From Felis catus (taxonomy: Eukaryota), in contig NC_058368.1 in assembly GCF_018350175.1 (NCBI RefSeq), positions 36,272,001-36,336,000 on the forward strand: a DNA stretch of 64,000 nucleotides, given 5' to 3'. The notes under the pieces are model-generated. The model made no database searches and was not told where the DNA came from. It saw only the letters and a program-made list of their open reading frames with translations. Numbering within the stretch: position 1 is the stretch's first letter; every line of letters starts with the position of its first letter. Shown here piece by piece: positions 40,535-53,636 of this stretch. The position numbers and the translations under genes are program-made.

Positions 40535-40800
40535 AAAGAATTTATTAAACTTTGCAGATGGTACCAAATGAGGTGTTTTCAACAGAGGGAAGAATAGAAA
40601 CACAGCACATATGGAACTAACAAGGTTCGAAATGTGTGGGTAGATGATTATGACATGTGATTCCTATTGGGAAAATACCTACTGATATTCATTGTGGGGA
40701 ACAAACATTGTAGGGTATTGCAAGTCAAAGAAAATCTAAAAGGATATAATTCCACAGGGCTTGGGAGTGATACATAGACCTGTTAATAACTAATATTATA
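40535..40800 (+). mobile_element. CR1/L3 reverse-transcriptase relic
   Basis: 'ttattaaactttgcagatggtaccaaa' = LLNFADGTK, resembling CR1 'KFADDTK', with downstream L..W and H.G..N-like motifs. Confidence 0.55.
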
Positions 40801-41301
40801 AAATCAGTATTTGACCTGAGGGAGCTTGAAAAACAAATGGATAATAATAATCAATTATGCTAAGAAGCATTCACCTCCACACAAGAGCTCACAAGTTAGG
40901 TGTGTCTGGTCAAATTCAGTCAGTCAACATGTTTTGTTGGAGCCTTAATATTAAAAAAAAAAAAAAATCTGCCTTTGAATGCATTTAAGTCCTACCACTC
41001 ATTCCTTCTTGTTTTATATGTGGCAAATTTTACTCCTCTGTTTTCCTCCTTGTCCCCTTGTAAGCATTTGTGTTTGTTAAGTCTCCTGTGTACTATCATC
41101 TCCTTCCCCTCTTTTTAATGCAGTTGATTTATTGAAGAAACTCGGGTAGAATGTGCCAGTCTGGATTTGGCTGATTGCATCACTGGTGTACAAATGTTGT
41201 ACGTACAATGTTGTTGTTAAATTGCATCATTTAACTTGATCTAATATCTATTATATTTCATATATATTCTATTATATGAAAATTTTAAGATAGATATGGA
41301 G

Positions 41302-41482
41302 CAGAAGTTGGCAAGCTTTTTCTGCAAAGGGACGGATAGCAGATATCTTGTGTTTTATGGGCTGTAAGTTCTCTGTCACAACTACTCAACTTTGCCATTG
41401 TAGCAAAAAAGCAGCCATAGACAATATTTAAATGAATGGGCAAGACTGCATTTCGATAAAACAGTTTACAGAAACTGGTGAT
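41302..41482. mobile_element. MER58A-like hAT MITE
   Basis: 'caactactcaactttgccattgtagcaaaaaagcagccatagacaat'. Confidence 0.85.
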
Positions 41483-41811
41483 CCAGTGTCAGTTTTGGCA
41501 GATGGAATAATATGTGTGAAGACCTGGAGAAAATGGGAACATGCCATGTTCAAGGAATAGAAAGAAATTCAATATGGTGGAGGGTAGAGTGGAGAAAAGG
41601 TTGAGTGAAGGCCACTTGCCTTCAGCAACCTTATCAGAGGGCTTCAGTTCCACCCGTGCTGCTTACATTCAGCAAATTCTACCCTTCTCTTCATCTTCCA
41701 TCTACAAGTCGCCTATAGCATTCTCGTAGGTCAAACACCTAGCAGCTGTTGTACAGTGAGGATCACATATATAATTATGGGTCAATCTCCCAAAAGATGG
41801 GAGTCAACTTG

Positions 41812-41935
41812 GCACTTACTCATCAAATATCTATTGAGCATTTACTATGTGCCAGGCTCTGCGCCAGACACTTGAAGCCATGGTGATGAACAAAAAGAGT
41901 TTTCCCTCATGGAGCTTATAGTCTAACAGGATGAA
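41812..41935 (-). mobile_element. L2 3' fragment
   Basis: 'caaatatctattgagcatttactatgtgccaggc...ccctcatggagcttatagtcta'. Confidence 0.8.
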
Positions 41936-42337
41936 GAAATATGTTAAGGAAATAATCATAAAAATGAAACTGTATCATCTAAACTGATGTAATTGCGAAT
42001 GTATAAGAGGAGCAATTCTTGGAGAGAACATAACAAAGAAACTGGACCCATTATGGGATAAGGGGAGGCATCCCTGACGTATTTGAATCTGCTCCTCATC
42101 TTTTCAAGAACCTCCAACTGGACTGGAAAATCTGTGTCCTCAGTCACTGCTCCCAACATCAGTAATAATTCTGGCTGAGTGCCCCTGGTCATTCAGATAA
42201 CAGGCTTCTGCTTTTCTTTTCAATTTTATTGCTGTCAAAGGCTCAGTTCTCCCAAAGAGTCGATCCCCTTGAGATCCCAAATTCTAAGGAGGCAATGTTT
42301 GTCCCTCTTTTATTTTTCTTCTTCTGAGAAGACACCT

Positions 42338-42339
<2 letters not shown>

Positions 42340-42387
<48 letters not shown>
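42340..42387. repeat. (TC)n microsatellite
   Basis: Directly visible. Confidence 0.98.
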
Positions 42388-42389
<2 letters not shown>

Positions 42390-45147
42390 GGGATTTAGAC
42401 AACCCTTTCCTCCAGGACTGTGTAAAGCCTGGAAATATCTTTGAATCCAGAGGACATTCAAGGGATCAGTGCTACTTCAAAGACCAAATTGCTAGGGTAA
42501 TGTGTGCAAAAATGAAAAAGAATCCACTGGATAAGTGTATGGGCACAGAAAGAGCAGGTTAAAAAAAAAGGGCACTAGCCTGGGGCTGGCTTTACCCTCT
42601 ACTGCACTGCTCGCTCCCTGCCATGCTGCCCTGTGCCTCTGTGCCATTTCTACCTCCACTTTCCCCTTTCAAAAGCAACTCTAATGTTTGCTTCAGCTGC
42701 TTTCCTCTATTCGCCAGTGTTGCAGGTGGGGATTAATTTTCTTCTCCAAGGTTTCCTCTTATCGGAAGAGGTGACTTGACAGGAAACCTTCCTAACACTC
42801 AACCAGCCCTGGCTTTTGCAGGTTTCTCTTTCTGGAATGGCTTTCCATGCCTTCACTACTTGGAGAACTCCAGCTCAGCTGATAAATACATTGCTTCCTC
42901 TGCCACACGGTCCCAGGCTCCTTCTTCCAAAAACCCAGCAGAATGGGTTCATCCTCCTTCTCTACTCCTACAGCTCCCAGCGAGGCACGGCTACAGCAGT
43001 TACCATATTATGTCATTATATTGTAATTGGGTGTTTGCAGATCTGTCTCCCCAACCAGACCTTGACTGCTTGAGGCCTGGCATAATTACATCTTACTCCT
43101 GTTTGTGTCTCCAGCACCATGTGGTATCTGCCACATCGTGGGTGCCGAGTAATGCTTAAATGATTTCATTAACTGTACTTCTTTGTCTCACATGCACATT
43201 TAGCACAGATACTAAAAAGGTACAAGTCTAAAGAGATTTCACACATTCTGTTAATGCAAAAGAGGAAACTAAAGCCCAGTGGTTCAGTGGGAATTTTCTG
43301 TTTTTCAGCTGTGAAGACTTGCCTCCCTAAAACTGAGAGGGGCACTGAAAAGAAACGGTCAGATTTTCCACAAGCTGAACGTGGGCCAGCTGGGGGAAGT
43401 TTCACTCTTTATCGGTCTGCCTCTTGCCTGGACTCTAAGATTTTGGGGTTGTAGTGACGGGTCCGCTTATGGAATATCTCTTCCTCTTCTAGGGAGAAAC
43501 TGGATTGTGTCTCAACAATGCAACTGGTCTATGAATTTGACCTTTCAATTACGAACAACCTGCTGACCAAAGATTCCCCAAGATCCTCAGGTCAAGGAAA
43601 TAGTATTCCTCAGGAGAGAGAATAAAAACAAAATAAAATAAAACAAAAGGAAGTCTGATACCCAGCTATGTTGGTATCTTTCTAAAGTACTAACACCATA
43701 ATAAAGGCTTTCCGCTTCTGTTTCATTATGTGACAGCCAGAGACTGTAAACACTGTCGGTGGCAGAGAAAACAGTGTCTAGAAACAAATAAGAGAAACTA
43801 AAGATGAAACTGGGAATATGTGCACAGCTTATGCTTTGGTATTCTGTGGTCATGACAGCTTTTGCTCTTATGAAAGTACTGCGTGTGCTGTTCTTTTTCT
43901 CTGTAATGATTTCTGAAACCGTGTGACTTGTAGAATTTGCCTTTTAAAAAAAATGCAGTGAGTGTTTAATCGTTCAGGGTGTGAGTAACCACATTCTGTT
44001 CGAGTATGCTTCCAGCCTTCACTTTCCTCCTTATCAGCGACAGTACTCCAAACACTTGTCTCAATTTTCAGATCAAAGCTGATGAAAAACAGACCTCTAA
44101 AGGGTTGAATTGCTCTCTGCATTTTTGTGCATCAGAAGAAAATACCTTTACCACTTGAAAGGGCTGAATGTTTTTTAGTGCTTTATCTCTAGATGGTGAA
44201 TTCTGCTTTACTTTTCTGCTTTGCTTATTTTTTACTCTGTCAATGTCATCTGCTTCATGAAATGTATCTTTTAATTAATTATTCTTGTCTCAAATTGTCT
44301 GCCGCAGCTCACGGTCAGGGCAAGAATTTATATTAGCAAAATAGGATCTGTCACTAAAGGGAAATATCTTTGCTCCTTTCAACATGAAATTAACCGCATT
44401 TAACCAATAATCACCTTAATTGATTTTCCAGATAAATCTTTGTGTTGTTTATATTTTCTTTGAAGCTGCATACAGCATGGCTTTTCTACAAAGAGCAGAA
44501 ATTCAGAAGCATGAAAACACTGCATTGTAGAATAGCTTCGAAGTCTGATTGAGAGAGCATTTGGAGAGAATTCTAAACCTAGAAGCCAAATCAAAACACA
44601 ACAATAACAACCCATTCACATTCTGTTCTATGGGGGGATCTTCAAAAAACATCTCTCAAAAATGCATTATAAAAATATGGGTAGTTTTATACAGATTCCA
44701 CATTGTCTGCATGGATTTTTATTAAGACAATGGAAATAATTACAATACAGTAAATATTTATAAGGCAAGTGATAGTAAATAAAATTATAACGAATAGGAA
44801 CAAGATGAGAGGTTAAATAAGTAGATATAATTTTTCCAAAGGCAATCTTAAAAACAATGGTAGATTTTCAAAGTTAAGGTATTTACCAAAGCAAATAGAA
44901 GCAAAATTTCCTATGCTTTGGAGAAAAATAATTTAGTCCTTTGGGGGATGAAATTGAGGTCTAAGGATTTACATTTATTTCTATACTTTTTCAATATAAT
45001 CCTTCAGGAGTGAACGTGGATTCCTTTCTTAAGAATGGGGAATGAAGGTCATCTTTTTCCTTTTAGTCCAGATACTAAGAACACCATGACAATGTGTGAT
45101 GTTTAGTCTTTATACCCATTGCATGGTATAGAAAGATCAATGGACTA

Positions 45148-45316
45148 GGGGCGCCTGGGTGGCTCAGTCAGTTGAGCGTCTGACTTCAGCTCAGGACATT
45201 ATCTCGCGGTCTGTGAGTTCCAGCCCGCCGTCGGGCTCTGTGCTGACAGCTCAGAGCCTGGAGCCTGCTTCAGATTCTGTGTCTCCCTCTCTCTCTGTGC
45301 CCCTCCCCCGCTCATG

Positions 45317-45359
<43 letters not shown>

Positions 45360-45400
45360 TGTCAAAAATAAATAAATATTTTAAAAAAATTTTTTTTAAA
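45148..45400 (+). mobile_element. Can-SINE containing (TG)n
   Basis: TSD agaaagatca(a/t)tggacta (45130-45147 / 45401-45418). Confidence 0.96.
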
Positions 45401-45833
45401 AGAAAGATCATTGGACTAGAAATGACAAACTCCAGGTTCTTGTCCCAGATGCACCATTAACTGGTTTTGTGACCTTGGGAAAATCAATGTATTTGACAAA
45501 TATTCCTTAAGCACTTAAGTACTATACAAGATGTTTCAGACACACTGGCAATAAGAAACTTTTCTTGACTTCCAAGTTCTTTCCCCTTAGTAAAGAGAGA
45601 CTGACAGTAAAAAAAAGAATCACAATAAAGAACTACAGGTGCAATAACAAAAAATGGATGGGATGGGGTCAGGGGCAGGAGAAGCCATTTCAAAAACTTC
45701 AAGCCCTTTGGCTTTGCTTGCTCGGAGGGTGCTTGACCAGTTGGGGCAAAAGATAAAGCTGGAGTCATAGGAGAAAAACAAACCGTGGAATGGTTTTTCC
45801 ATTATTGTAAGGAGTTAGACTTTAATATGTATC

Positions 45834-46003
45834 CAGTGATTCTCAAATCTTGATATACAACAGAATTATTTGGGAAGCTTGTTAAAACATATCTGTCTGC
45901 CCTTAGTGATGGCATCAGAATCTCCAATGGCAGGACCAAGACACTAATGTTTTTGACAAACCCCTCAGGTTCTCCTAATGTACACAAAAGTTTGAAAACA
46001 ACT
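45834..46003. mobile_element. MER5-like hAT MITE
   Basis: Inverted termini cagtgattctcaaa / tttgaaaacaactg. Confidence 0.75.
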
Positions 46004-46149
46004 GGTATCGTCAGTGGGGAGTCACTGAAGGCCCTGAGGTAAGGGAATAACACCATATTTGTATTCTAGAAAGATCATTCTACCAAGTGTATAGAGAAAG
46101 GACTAGAGAGGTGTGAGCCTGGAGACAGGGAGGCCAATTAAAAGAATAT

Positions 46150-46640
46150 TTTTCCCTGTGACCCACAAGCCAGCATCCCCTCTTGGGTATATGTCTCAGA
46201 CAAAGTCTAATATATGGACCTCAGGAGACAAACACAAAATGTTCACAACTGCAGTGTGTATAGTAGCAAAAAACAGGGACACCCCAAATATCCACTAACA
46301 AAAGCATGGACACATTTTGGTGTCTTCCCACAAAAGAATATTCTACAACAGTGAATATGGGTGAGTCAAGTCTATATGCAACACAAGAAGTGAATCTTAA
46401 AAATAGAGTTGTGAGAGTAAAAATGCAAGAAACGGAAAACTATATACTATATACCATTCAAATAGAGTTTTAAAATGAGCAAAACTAAATAGTCTGTATA
46501 CTCAGTTTTTCAGCCACATGAGAGTATAAGAATGCACAATGCAGGATAGCATTTACCACTTGTAGAGCACAAGGGAATGGGTCAGGTGGAAACATTGATT
46601 GATGGCTGATGTTATTTTGAGTATACCTCACAACTTATAT
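46150..46640 (+). mobile_element. Old L1ME-like 3' fragment
   Basis: 'aaaatgttcacaactgcagtgtgtatagtagcaaaaaac...ccaaatatccactaac'. Confidence 0.65.
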
Positions 46641-47190
46641 TTGGTAACCAGTTTGCAAAGATGGCTTTCCAATGCACCATGCTTCCTAATATTACACAAG
46701 GGTCCTGTGTAATCCCCTTGCACACTGAACCTGGGGGGGCAAAATCAAGAAGATGCAGAAGTGACACTGTATGACTTATAAGCTTAAGTCATAAGAAGCC
46801 TTGGGTCTGCTTTTCTTGGCCACCCTAGAATACACACTCTGGGGAAGCAAACCACCATGTAGGAAGTCCAACTATCTTAAGACCACCATCCTGTGAAGAA
46901 ACCCAAGTTAGCCACATGGAGAGACTGCAGGGAGACAGGGAGATGTCTAACCAGCTATCCCAAGGGAGGCACCAGATATGTGAGGGAAAAAGCCATCATG
47001 TGTATCCAGCACAGTTGAGCTTACAGATAATTCTAGCCCCAGACACCATCTTAGTGCAATGGCATGAGAAACCCAAGGGGAATGTGCCCTGCTGAGCTGA
47101 ACAAATCCTTAGAACTGTGGGATTGTAATTGATTGCTGTATTAAGCCACATGATTTGAAGTGGTCTACTTTGCAATAGATAACCAGAATA
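46641..47190 (+). mobile_element. MaLR LTR (MLT1F/G-like)
   Basis: 'ttaagccacatgatttgaagtggtctactttgcaatagataaccagaata' 3' terminus; ttata on both flanks. Confidence 0.8.
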
Positions 47191-47210
47191 TTATATGTTA
47201 CATATATGCT

Positions 47211-48220
47211 TTTTTATTTTATTTTTAATACAATTTATTGTCAAATTGGCTTCCATACAACACCCAGTGCTCATCCCAACAAGCGGTCTCCTCAATGCCC
47301 ATCACCCACTTTCCCCTCTCCCCCACACCTACCAACCCTCAGTTTGTTCTCTGTATTTAAGAGTCTCTTATGGTTTGCCTCCCTCCCTCTCCATTTGTAA
47401 CTTTTTTTCCCCTTCCCTTCCCCCATGGTCTTCTGTTAAGTTTCTCAAGATCCACATATGAGTGAAAACATATGGTATCTATCTTTGTCTGACTGACTTA
47501 TTTCACTTAGCATAACACCCTCCAGTTCCATCCACGTTGCTGCAAATGGCAGGATTTCATTCTTTTTCATTTCCAAGTAGTATTCCACTGTATATGTAAA
47601 CCATATATTCTTTATCCATTATTCAGTTGCTGGACGTTTAGGCTATTTCCATAATTTGGCTATTGTTGAAAGTGCTGCTATAAACATTGGGGTACAAGTG
47701 TCCCTATCCATCAGCACTCCTGCATCCCTTGTGTAAATTCCTAGTAGTGCTATTGGTGGGTCATAGGATAGCTCTGTTTTTAATTTTTTGAGGATCATCC
47801 ACACTGTTTTCCAGAGTGGCTGCACCAGTTTGCATTCCCACCAACAGTGCAAGAGGGTTCCCATTTCTCCACATGCTCGCCAGCATCTATAGTCTCCTGA
47901 TTTGTTCATTTCAGCCACTCTGACCAGTGTGAGGTGGTATCTCAGTTTGGTTTTGATGATTTGTGTTTCCCTGATGATGAGTGACATTGAGCATCATTTC
48001 ATGTGTCTTTTGGCCATCTGGATGTCTTATTTGAAAAAGTGTCTATTCATGTCTTCTGCCCATTTCTTCACTGGATTTTTTGTTTTTCGGGTGTGGCGTT
48101 TGGTGAGTTCTTTATAGATTTTGGATACTAGCCCTTTATCCGATATATCATTTGCAAATATCTTTTCCCATTCCATTGGTTGCCTTTCAGTTTTGTTGAT
48201 TGTTTCCTTTGCAGTACAGA

Positions 48221-48272
<52 letters not shown>

Positions 48273-49217
48273 CTTGATGAGGTCCCAATAGTTCGTTTTT
48301 GCTTTTAATTCCCTTGCCTTTGGAGATGGGTCGAGTAAGAAATTGTTGCAGCTGAGGTCAAAGAGGTTGTTGCCTGCTTTCTTCTCTAGGGTTTTGATGG
48401 TTTCCTGTCTCACATTCAAGTCTTTCATCCATTTTGAGTTGATTTTTGTGTATGGTGTAAGAAAGTGAACTAGTTTCATTCTTCTGCATGTTGTGGTCCA
48501 GTTCTCCCAGCACCATTTGTTAAAGAGACTGTCTCTTTTCCATTGGATACTCTTTCCTGCTTTGTCAAAGATTAGTTGGTCATACATTTGTAGGTCCAAT
48601 TCTGGGATCTTTATTCTATTCCATTGGTCTATGTCTGTTTTTGTACCAATACCCCTCCAGGAACCCTCCAGTAACCTTTACGGTCTTGTTGATTATAGCT
48701 TTGTAGCAGAGGCTGTAGTCTGGGATTGTGATGCTTCCCACTTTGGTTTTCTTCTTCAATATTACTTTGGCTATTCAGGGTCTTTTGTGGTTCCATACAA
48801 GTTTTAGGATTGTTTGTTCTAGCTTGGAGAAGAATGCCAGTGCAATTTTGATTGGGATTGCATTGAATGTGTGTGTAGATTGCTTTGGGTCGTATTGACA
48901 TTTTAACAATATTTATTCTTCCAATCCATGAACATGGAATGTTTTTCTATTTCTTTGTGTCTTCAATTTCCTTCATAAGCTTTCTATAGTTTTCAACATA
49001 CAGATCCTTTACATATTTGGTTAGGTTTATTCATAGGTATTTTATGGTTCTTGGTGCAATTGTAAATGGGATCAGTTCCTTTATTTCTCTTTCTGTTGCT
49101 TCGTTATTGATGTATAAACATGCAACCGATTTCTGTACATTAATTTTGTGCCCTGCGACTTTGCTGAATTCATGTATCAGTTCTAGCAGACTTTTGGTGG
49201 AGTCTGTTGGGTTTTCC
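47211..49217 (-). mobile_element. L1 (felid type), 5'-truncated ~2 kb, frameshifted ORF2 C-terminal half
   Basis: ORF2 peptides at 49031-49219, 48027-48599 and 47643-47987; TSD atatgttacatatat(g/c)cttt. Confidence 0.97.
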
Positions 49218-49260
49218 ATATGTTACATATATCCTTTTGTACACATCAAAACATGTAATT

Positions 49261-49902
49261 TTTAATTTTTATTTTATTTGTTTTATTTTATTATTTTATT
49301 TTTTAAATTTACATCCAAATTAGTTAGCATAGTGCAACATTGATTTCAGGAGTAGATTCCTTAGTGCCTCTTACCCATTTAGCCCATCCCCCCTCCCATA
49401 ACCCCTCCGGTAACCCTCAGTTTGTTCTCCATATTTATGAGTCTCTTCTGTTTTGTCCCCCTCCCTGTTTTTATATTATTTTTGTTTCCCTTCACTTATG
49501 TTCATGTTTTGTCTCTTAAAGTCCTCATATGGGTGAAGTCATATGATTTTTGTCTTTCTCTAATTTCACTTAGCATAATCCCCTCCAGTTCCATCCACGT
49601 AGTTGCAAATAGCAAGATTTCATTGTTTTCGATTGCCAAGTAATACTCCATTGTACATATACACCACATCTTCTTTATCAATTCATCCATCGATGGACAT
49701 TTGGGCTCTTTCCATACTTTGGCTATAGTTAATAGTGCTACTATAAACATGGGGATGCATGTGTCCCTTCAAAACAGCACACCTGTATCCCTTGGATAAA
49801 TGCCTAGTAGTGCAATTGCTGGGTCATAGGGTAGTTCTATTTTTAGTTTTTTGAGGAACCTCCATACTGTTTTCCAGCATGACTGCACCAGCTTGAATTC
49901 CC
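49261..49902 (-). mobile_element. Second L1 3' end (different subfamily)
   Basis: ORF2 C-terminal peptide at 49502-49750, 3' UTR, T tail; short TSD catg(t/c)aatt. Confidence 0.95.
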
Positions 49903-49944
49903 ATGCAATTATTTTTTAAATGAGAGTACTAAAATAATTGGTCA

Positions 49945-50100
49945 GAATTAGACAGTTCTGGCTTCAAATCCAGACTCAGCCACTAATAAACTGTGTGGCC
50001 CTGAGTAAGTGACTCAGCTTTCTAAGAATCCATTTTCTCATCTGAGAAACACAGAAAGTAATAGCTCCTAACTCATAAGGAGGTTGAGAGGTTTCAGAAA
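49945..50100 (+). mobile_element. MIR
   Basis: 'ttcaaatcccagactcagccactaataaactgtgtggccctgagtaagtgactcagc'. Confidence 0.7.
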
Positions 50101-50807
50101 TATAGAGTTCATACATCCTTATCCAGGGTGAGCACAAGGGCTTAAATTATAGGGTCTGGGCCATACTGCACAAATTTGCTTCCTCTGGATTTAAGGGGAA
50201 AAAGGGAAAAAGAGCTTTTGTCAATGAAGAGTATGGATTATAGCTCAAGAACTTCTGTGAATAATCATGGTAAACAGGATTCAGCTGAAACAAATAACTA
50301 CAGTCTTTTCTCACTCTGTGGTTTTATGAAGATTCATTGATTTCCTGGGGTTTATTTCAGGTATAAAACATTTGAATTCAGATATCCCAGGAACAGAGTT
50401 CCCTGCTAATTTCTCTATTTTTAGCAGTATCTCTGTCTTTTGCTTCTCTCTCCTGTGGCGCTCTCCATATTGTGCCCTCTTCTCATTTCAGGTGACAGCA
50501 AAAAAACCAAAAAAACAAAAAAACAAAAAAAAAACAAAAAACGAAAGGGTAATTCAGTCAATCCATTTGATGGCTGGTTAATACATCTATAGGACAGTGG
50601 GGTGAGGAAGGAGGAGCATGAGACTGAACGTATGTTCTTTCTGCAGGGTAGGTGAAGTCTGGGAAGAGAAGCTGAAAAGATGACTTTAAGGAGCCATCCT
50701 GTTTAAAAGATGATTATACTCTGGGAAGCGGTGAATTATGACCACTGTATGGCCCATAGATACCCTCAGAGTATAATGAAAGGCAGTGTCCGTCCTTTTG
50801 CATTTAG

Positions 50808-50858
50808 CTTGGTCCACAAACGATACAATTCAGGAGGATTAACAACACCAGCTGCGAG
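50808..50858 (+). other. Candidate internal exon C (51 nt)
   Basis: Acceptor ccttttgcatttag|, consensus donor GAG|GTAAGC, retained CpGs, non-repeat context. Confidence 0.5.
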
Positions 50859-51634
50859 GTAAGCATTGCTGTCCTGAAGAACTTGTTGCCCGTGGAGCTT
50901 GTGAACCACGAAATATCAACATCCACACGGGCAGGAGGAGATCCACAGGAAGTCAGGCATGGCGTGGCTGCACCCTGCACAGGGGTCAGGCTCTCAATCT
51001 GTAGACCCTGGAGCTCACAGGATCAGAGGATGACTTCCATCTGTTCTCTATACCCACCAGGGCAGAACAAAAGGGATGGGGCTATCATCCAGCAGGAGGT
51101 ATTTGGGTTAGATGAGCTCCAGAGGTCTCTTTAAGGTCTAATACAATGAACACCATGTTTTTCTTATCTCTGAGAGGAGGCAACATTAAAAAAAAAAAAA
51201 AAAAACTTAGTGTACTTCTGAAAAAAATTGTGAAATATTTGTTGGAACTTCACAAATAACTGTACTTAAAATTTTTAACTACAGCTAAGTGTTTAAATTT
51301 GCTAGAGAGTTGCTGCAGAAATTTTGGGCTTTATGTACCTATCTTTCTCTTTAATCCTTCAGAAGGATTCTTTCCTTCTTCCACCAAATTTTAAGAAGGA
51401 AATAATAGTCATAGTCCTTATAAGAAGTACCTTTACTCCTAGAAGTCCTAAATGTTTGAAGCAAAGTAAGACCAGTGGTTGGAAACTCAAGGTTAGATAT
51501 ATTTATACTTACCTACCAAATCTCATATAGTTTAGCATATCTAGTAGCTAGAGGGTTGTCATTTTCTTGCTTTCCTTGGGGGAAAATATGTAAATTCACA
51601 TATCTACCTCATTGAGCTTTCCTAATAAATTCCA

Positions 51635-52870
51635 GTGTATTGAAATTTTTTGAAACAATTCCAAACTTACAGAAAAATTGCAAATACAACACAGAGATTT
51701 TTTTCCCGAGCCATTGGCTGACTTGATGTTGCTGACTTGATATTCTATAATCCCCAAATATTTAATTCAAAAGCATATTCCTATATAATAATAAGTACCC
51801 AAATCAGGAGATCAAAACTGACATTTTACTACCATCTAATCATCAGCCCCCTTTCAGATTTTTCCGACTTCCCTAGTGATGTCCTTTACAAAAAAGGGAT
51901 CTAGTTTGGAATCAAGTTTACATTTAGTTATGATGCATCTTTAGTGTCCTTCAGTTTAGAATAGTTCCTCAGTCTTTTCTAGATTTTCATGACCACAATA
52001 GTTATGAAGACCACGGAGAAATTTTTTTTAAAGTAGAGTCCCCCACATTTTGTTTCTTCATGATCAAATTCATGTTATGCATCATTGGCAGGAGTACCAC
52101 AGAAGAGATGCTGTGTTCTCATCGCATCCTATCAGATGGATCCATCTCCTTACTGATGACGTTAACTTTGATCACCTGAGTAAACTGGTGTCTGCCTGCC
52201 TTGTCTCTAAAACCACATGCTTCCTGTTTAGTAAGTATTCTGTGGGGAGATACTTCAAGACCATGCAAATATCCTGTTCTTCATTTAACTTTTTTTTTTA
52301 ATTTTTAATTTTTTTTTTTTTGAGAGAAAGAGAGAGAGAAAGGGAACACACATGAGCAGGGGAGGGGGCAGAGGGAGAGAGAGAGAATCCCAAGAGGCTC
52401 CACACTCAGCACGGAGCGGGATGCGGAGGCCTGATCCCAAGATCCTGGGATCATGATCTGAACTGAAATCAAGAGTCAGATGCTCAACCAACTGAGTCAC
52501 CCAGGCACCCCTAACTTTCATTTTAAAAATTTGTATCAGTATGCGTTCATGGACTCCTATCTTATTAAATGGATTATAATAAGTTACTATGTTTATCTGG
52601 GTGCTTAAATTGTCCCAGATTGAGGCAATGGGATTCTCTTGAACCTGGTTCCTGTGTCCTTTTGAAGTGTCATCATCATTCTTTGAGCATTTCCTTACTT
52701 TCTGGCACAACAATGTCCCAGGCTTATCTGGTTCTTTGCTCTTCTAGCACTGGACTCAGCCATTTCTCTAAGGAGCCTAGTTCCTTTTAATGAAGGATGG
52801 TATTTAGAAACCAAGATTTGTTTGCTAGATGTCTTCACTGAATTTGGGGTGTTGCTGCTCCCAGACCCCT
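51635..52870 (-). mobile_element. Old L1MC-like 3' fragment
   Basis: 'caaacttacagaaaaattgcaaata'...'ggtatttagaaaccaagat' antisense L1M 3' UTR motifs. Confidence 0.75.
52290..52511 (-). mobile_element. Can-SINE
   Basis: Reverse-complement SINE; TSD taacttt. Confidence 0.93.
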
Positions 52871-53344
52871 CAACCATTTTAAACCATTTATATTTTTTAA
52901 AAAATGATATATTTGTCAACATGTGGCAAATAGCTTTTCTCAGTTGGCGAGTTTTCTTTTGACTTTTTGGTGATTTGGGTTATGCAAAAATAATGGATCC
53001 TATTGTAGCCCAATATATCAATTGTTTTTGTTTTGGCTTCTGGAATTCATGTCTAATTCATTCACTTCATACCTCAGAGTTATAAACATTTTTCCCCCCA
53101 TGTTTTCTTCCAGCTGTATCACAGAAGAAGATTTTTAAAACTCTTGAAGTGCACCTACTGGCATGTTGGTGAGAAATTTGTGTTCCATTTAAAGAGCAAG
53201 CTCAGTGCCACAGATTGACATACCATGTGAGGAGAACCAAGGCCAGAACCATTCTGTTGGATATATAGGCATTTTATGACCTCCTTATCCAAACTATTGG
53301 CTTTATACCCTGGTTGATCATTATCATTACATTTGCAGCTTTTA

Positions 53345-53478
53345 TAAAACACAGTGGTACCCAGTACCTACCACACAAAACAACTGAATAAGACCTCTGG
53401 GGATTGATGACTGAGGATTTTTTTTTTCTTAAAGCTCTACAGGTGATTCCAGTGTGCTACCAACACTGAGAACCACTG
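53345..53478. mobile_element. MER5-like MITE fragment
   Basis: 'caggtgattccagtgtgc...ctgagaaccactg'. Confidence 0.65.
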
Positions 53479-53567
53479 ATCTAATTATATGTCCTCACAG
53501 CTGCCTAAAATTCTATCACTAGTAACTGCTTCCTTTGGATTAAGCAATTCCTTTTTGGTTATCTTCC

Positions 53568-53604
53568 TTTATTTAAAAAAAAAAATTAATGTTTATTTAT
53601 TCCT

Positions 53605-53636
<32 letters not shown>

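Noticed and set aside
43309..43357. Possible 49-nt exon (ttttctgtttttcag| ... CG|GTCAGA)
   Set aside because: Weak donor and indistinguishable from a chance pseudo-exon. If real, it would shift the frame of the proposed exon chain.
47643..48599. 190-aa and 114-aa ORFs
   Set aside because: Frameshifted fragments of L1 ORF2 in a truncated element, not host genes.
50492..50548. Strong acceptor followed by an A-rich segment and GG|GTAATT
   Set aside because: The body is a (CAAAAAAA)n low-complexity repeat with no independent support.
50809..50845. LVHKRYNS resembles the ZASP-like motif of PDLIM proteins
   Set aside because: The conserved P..LYS continuation is absent; too short to assign a gene.
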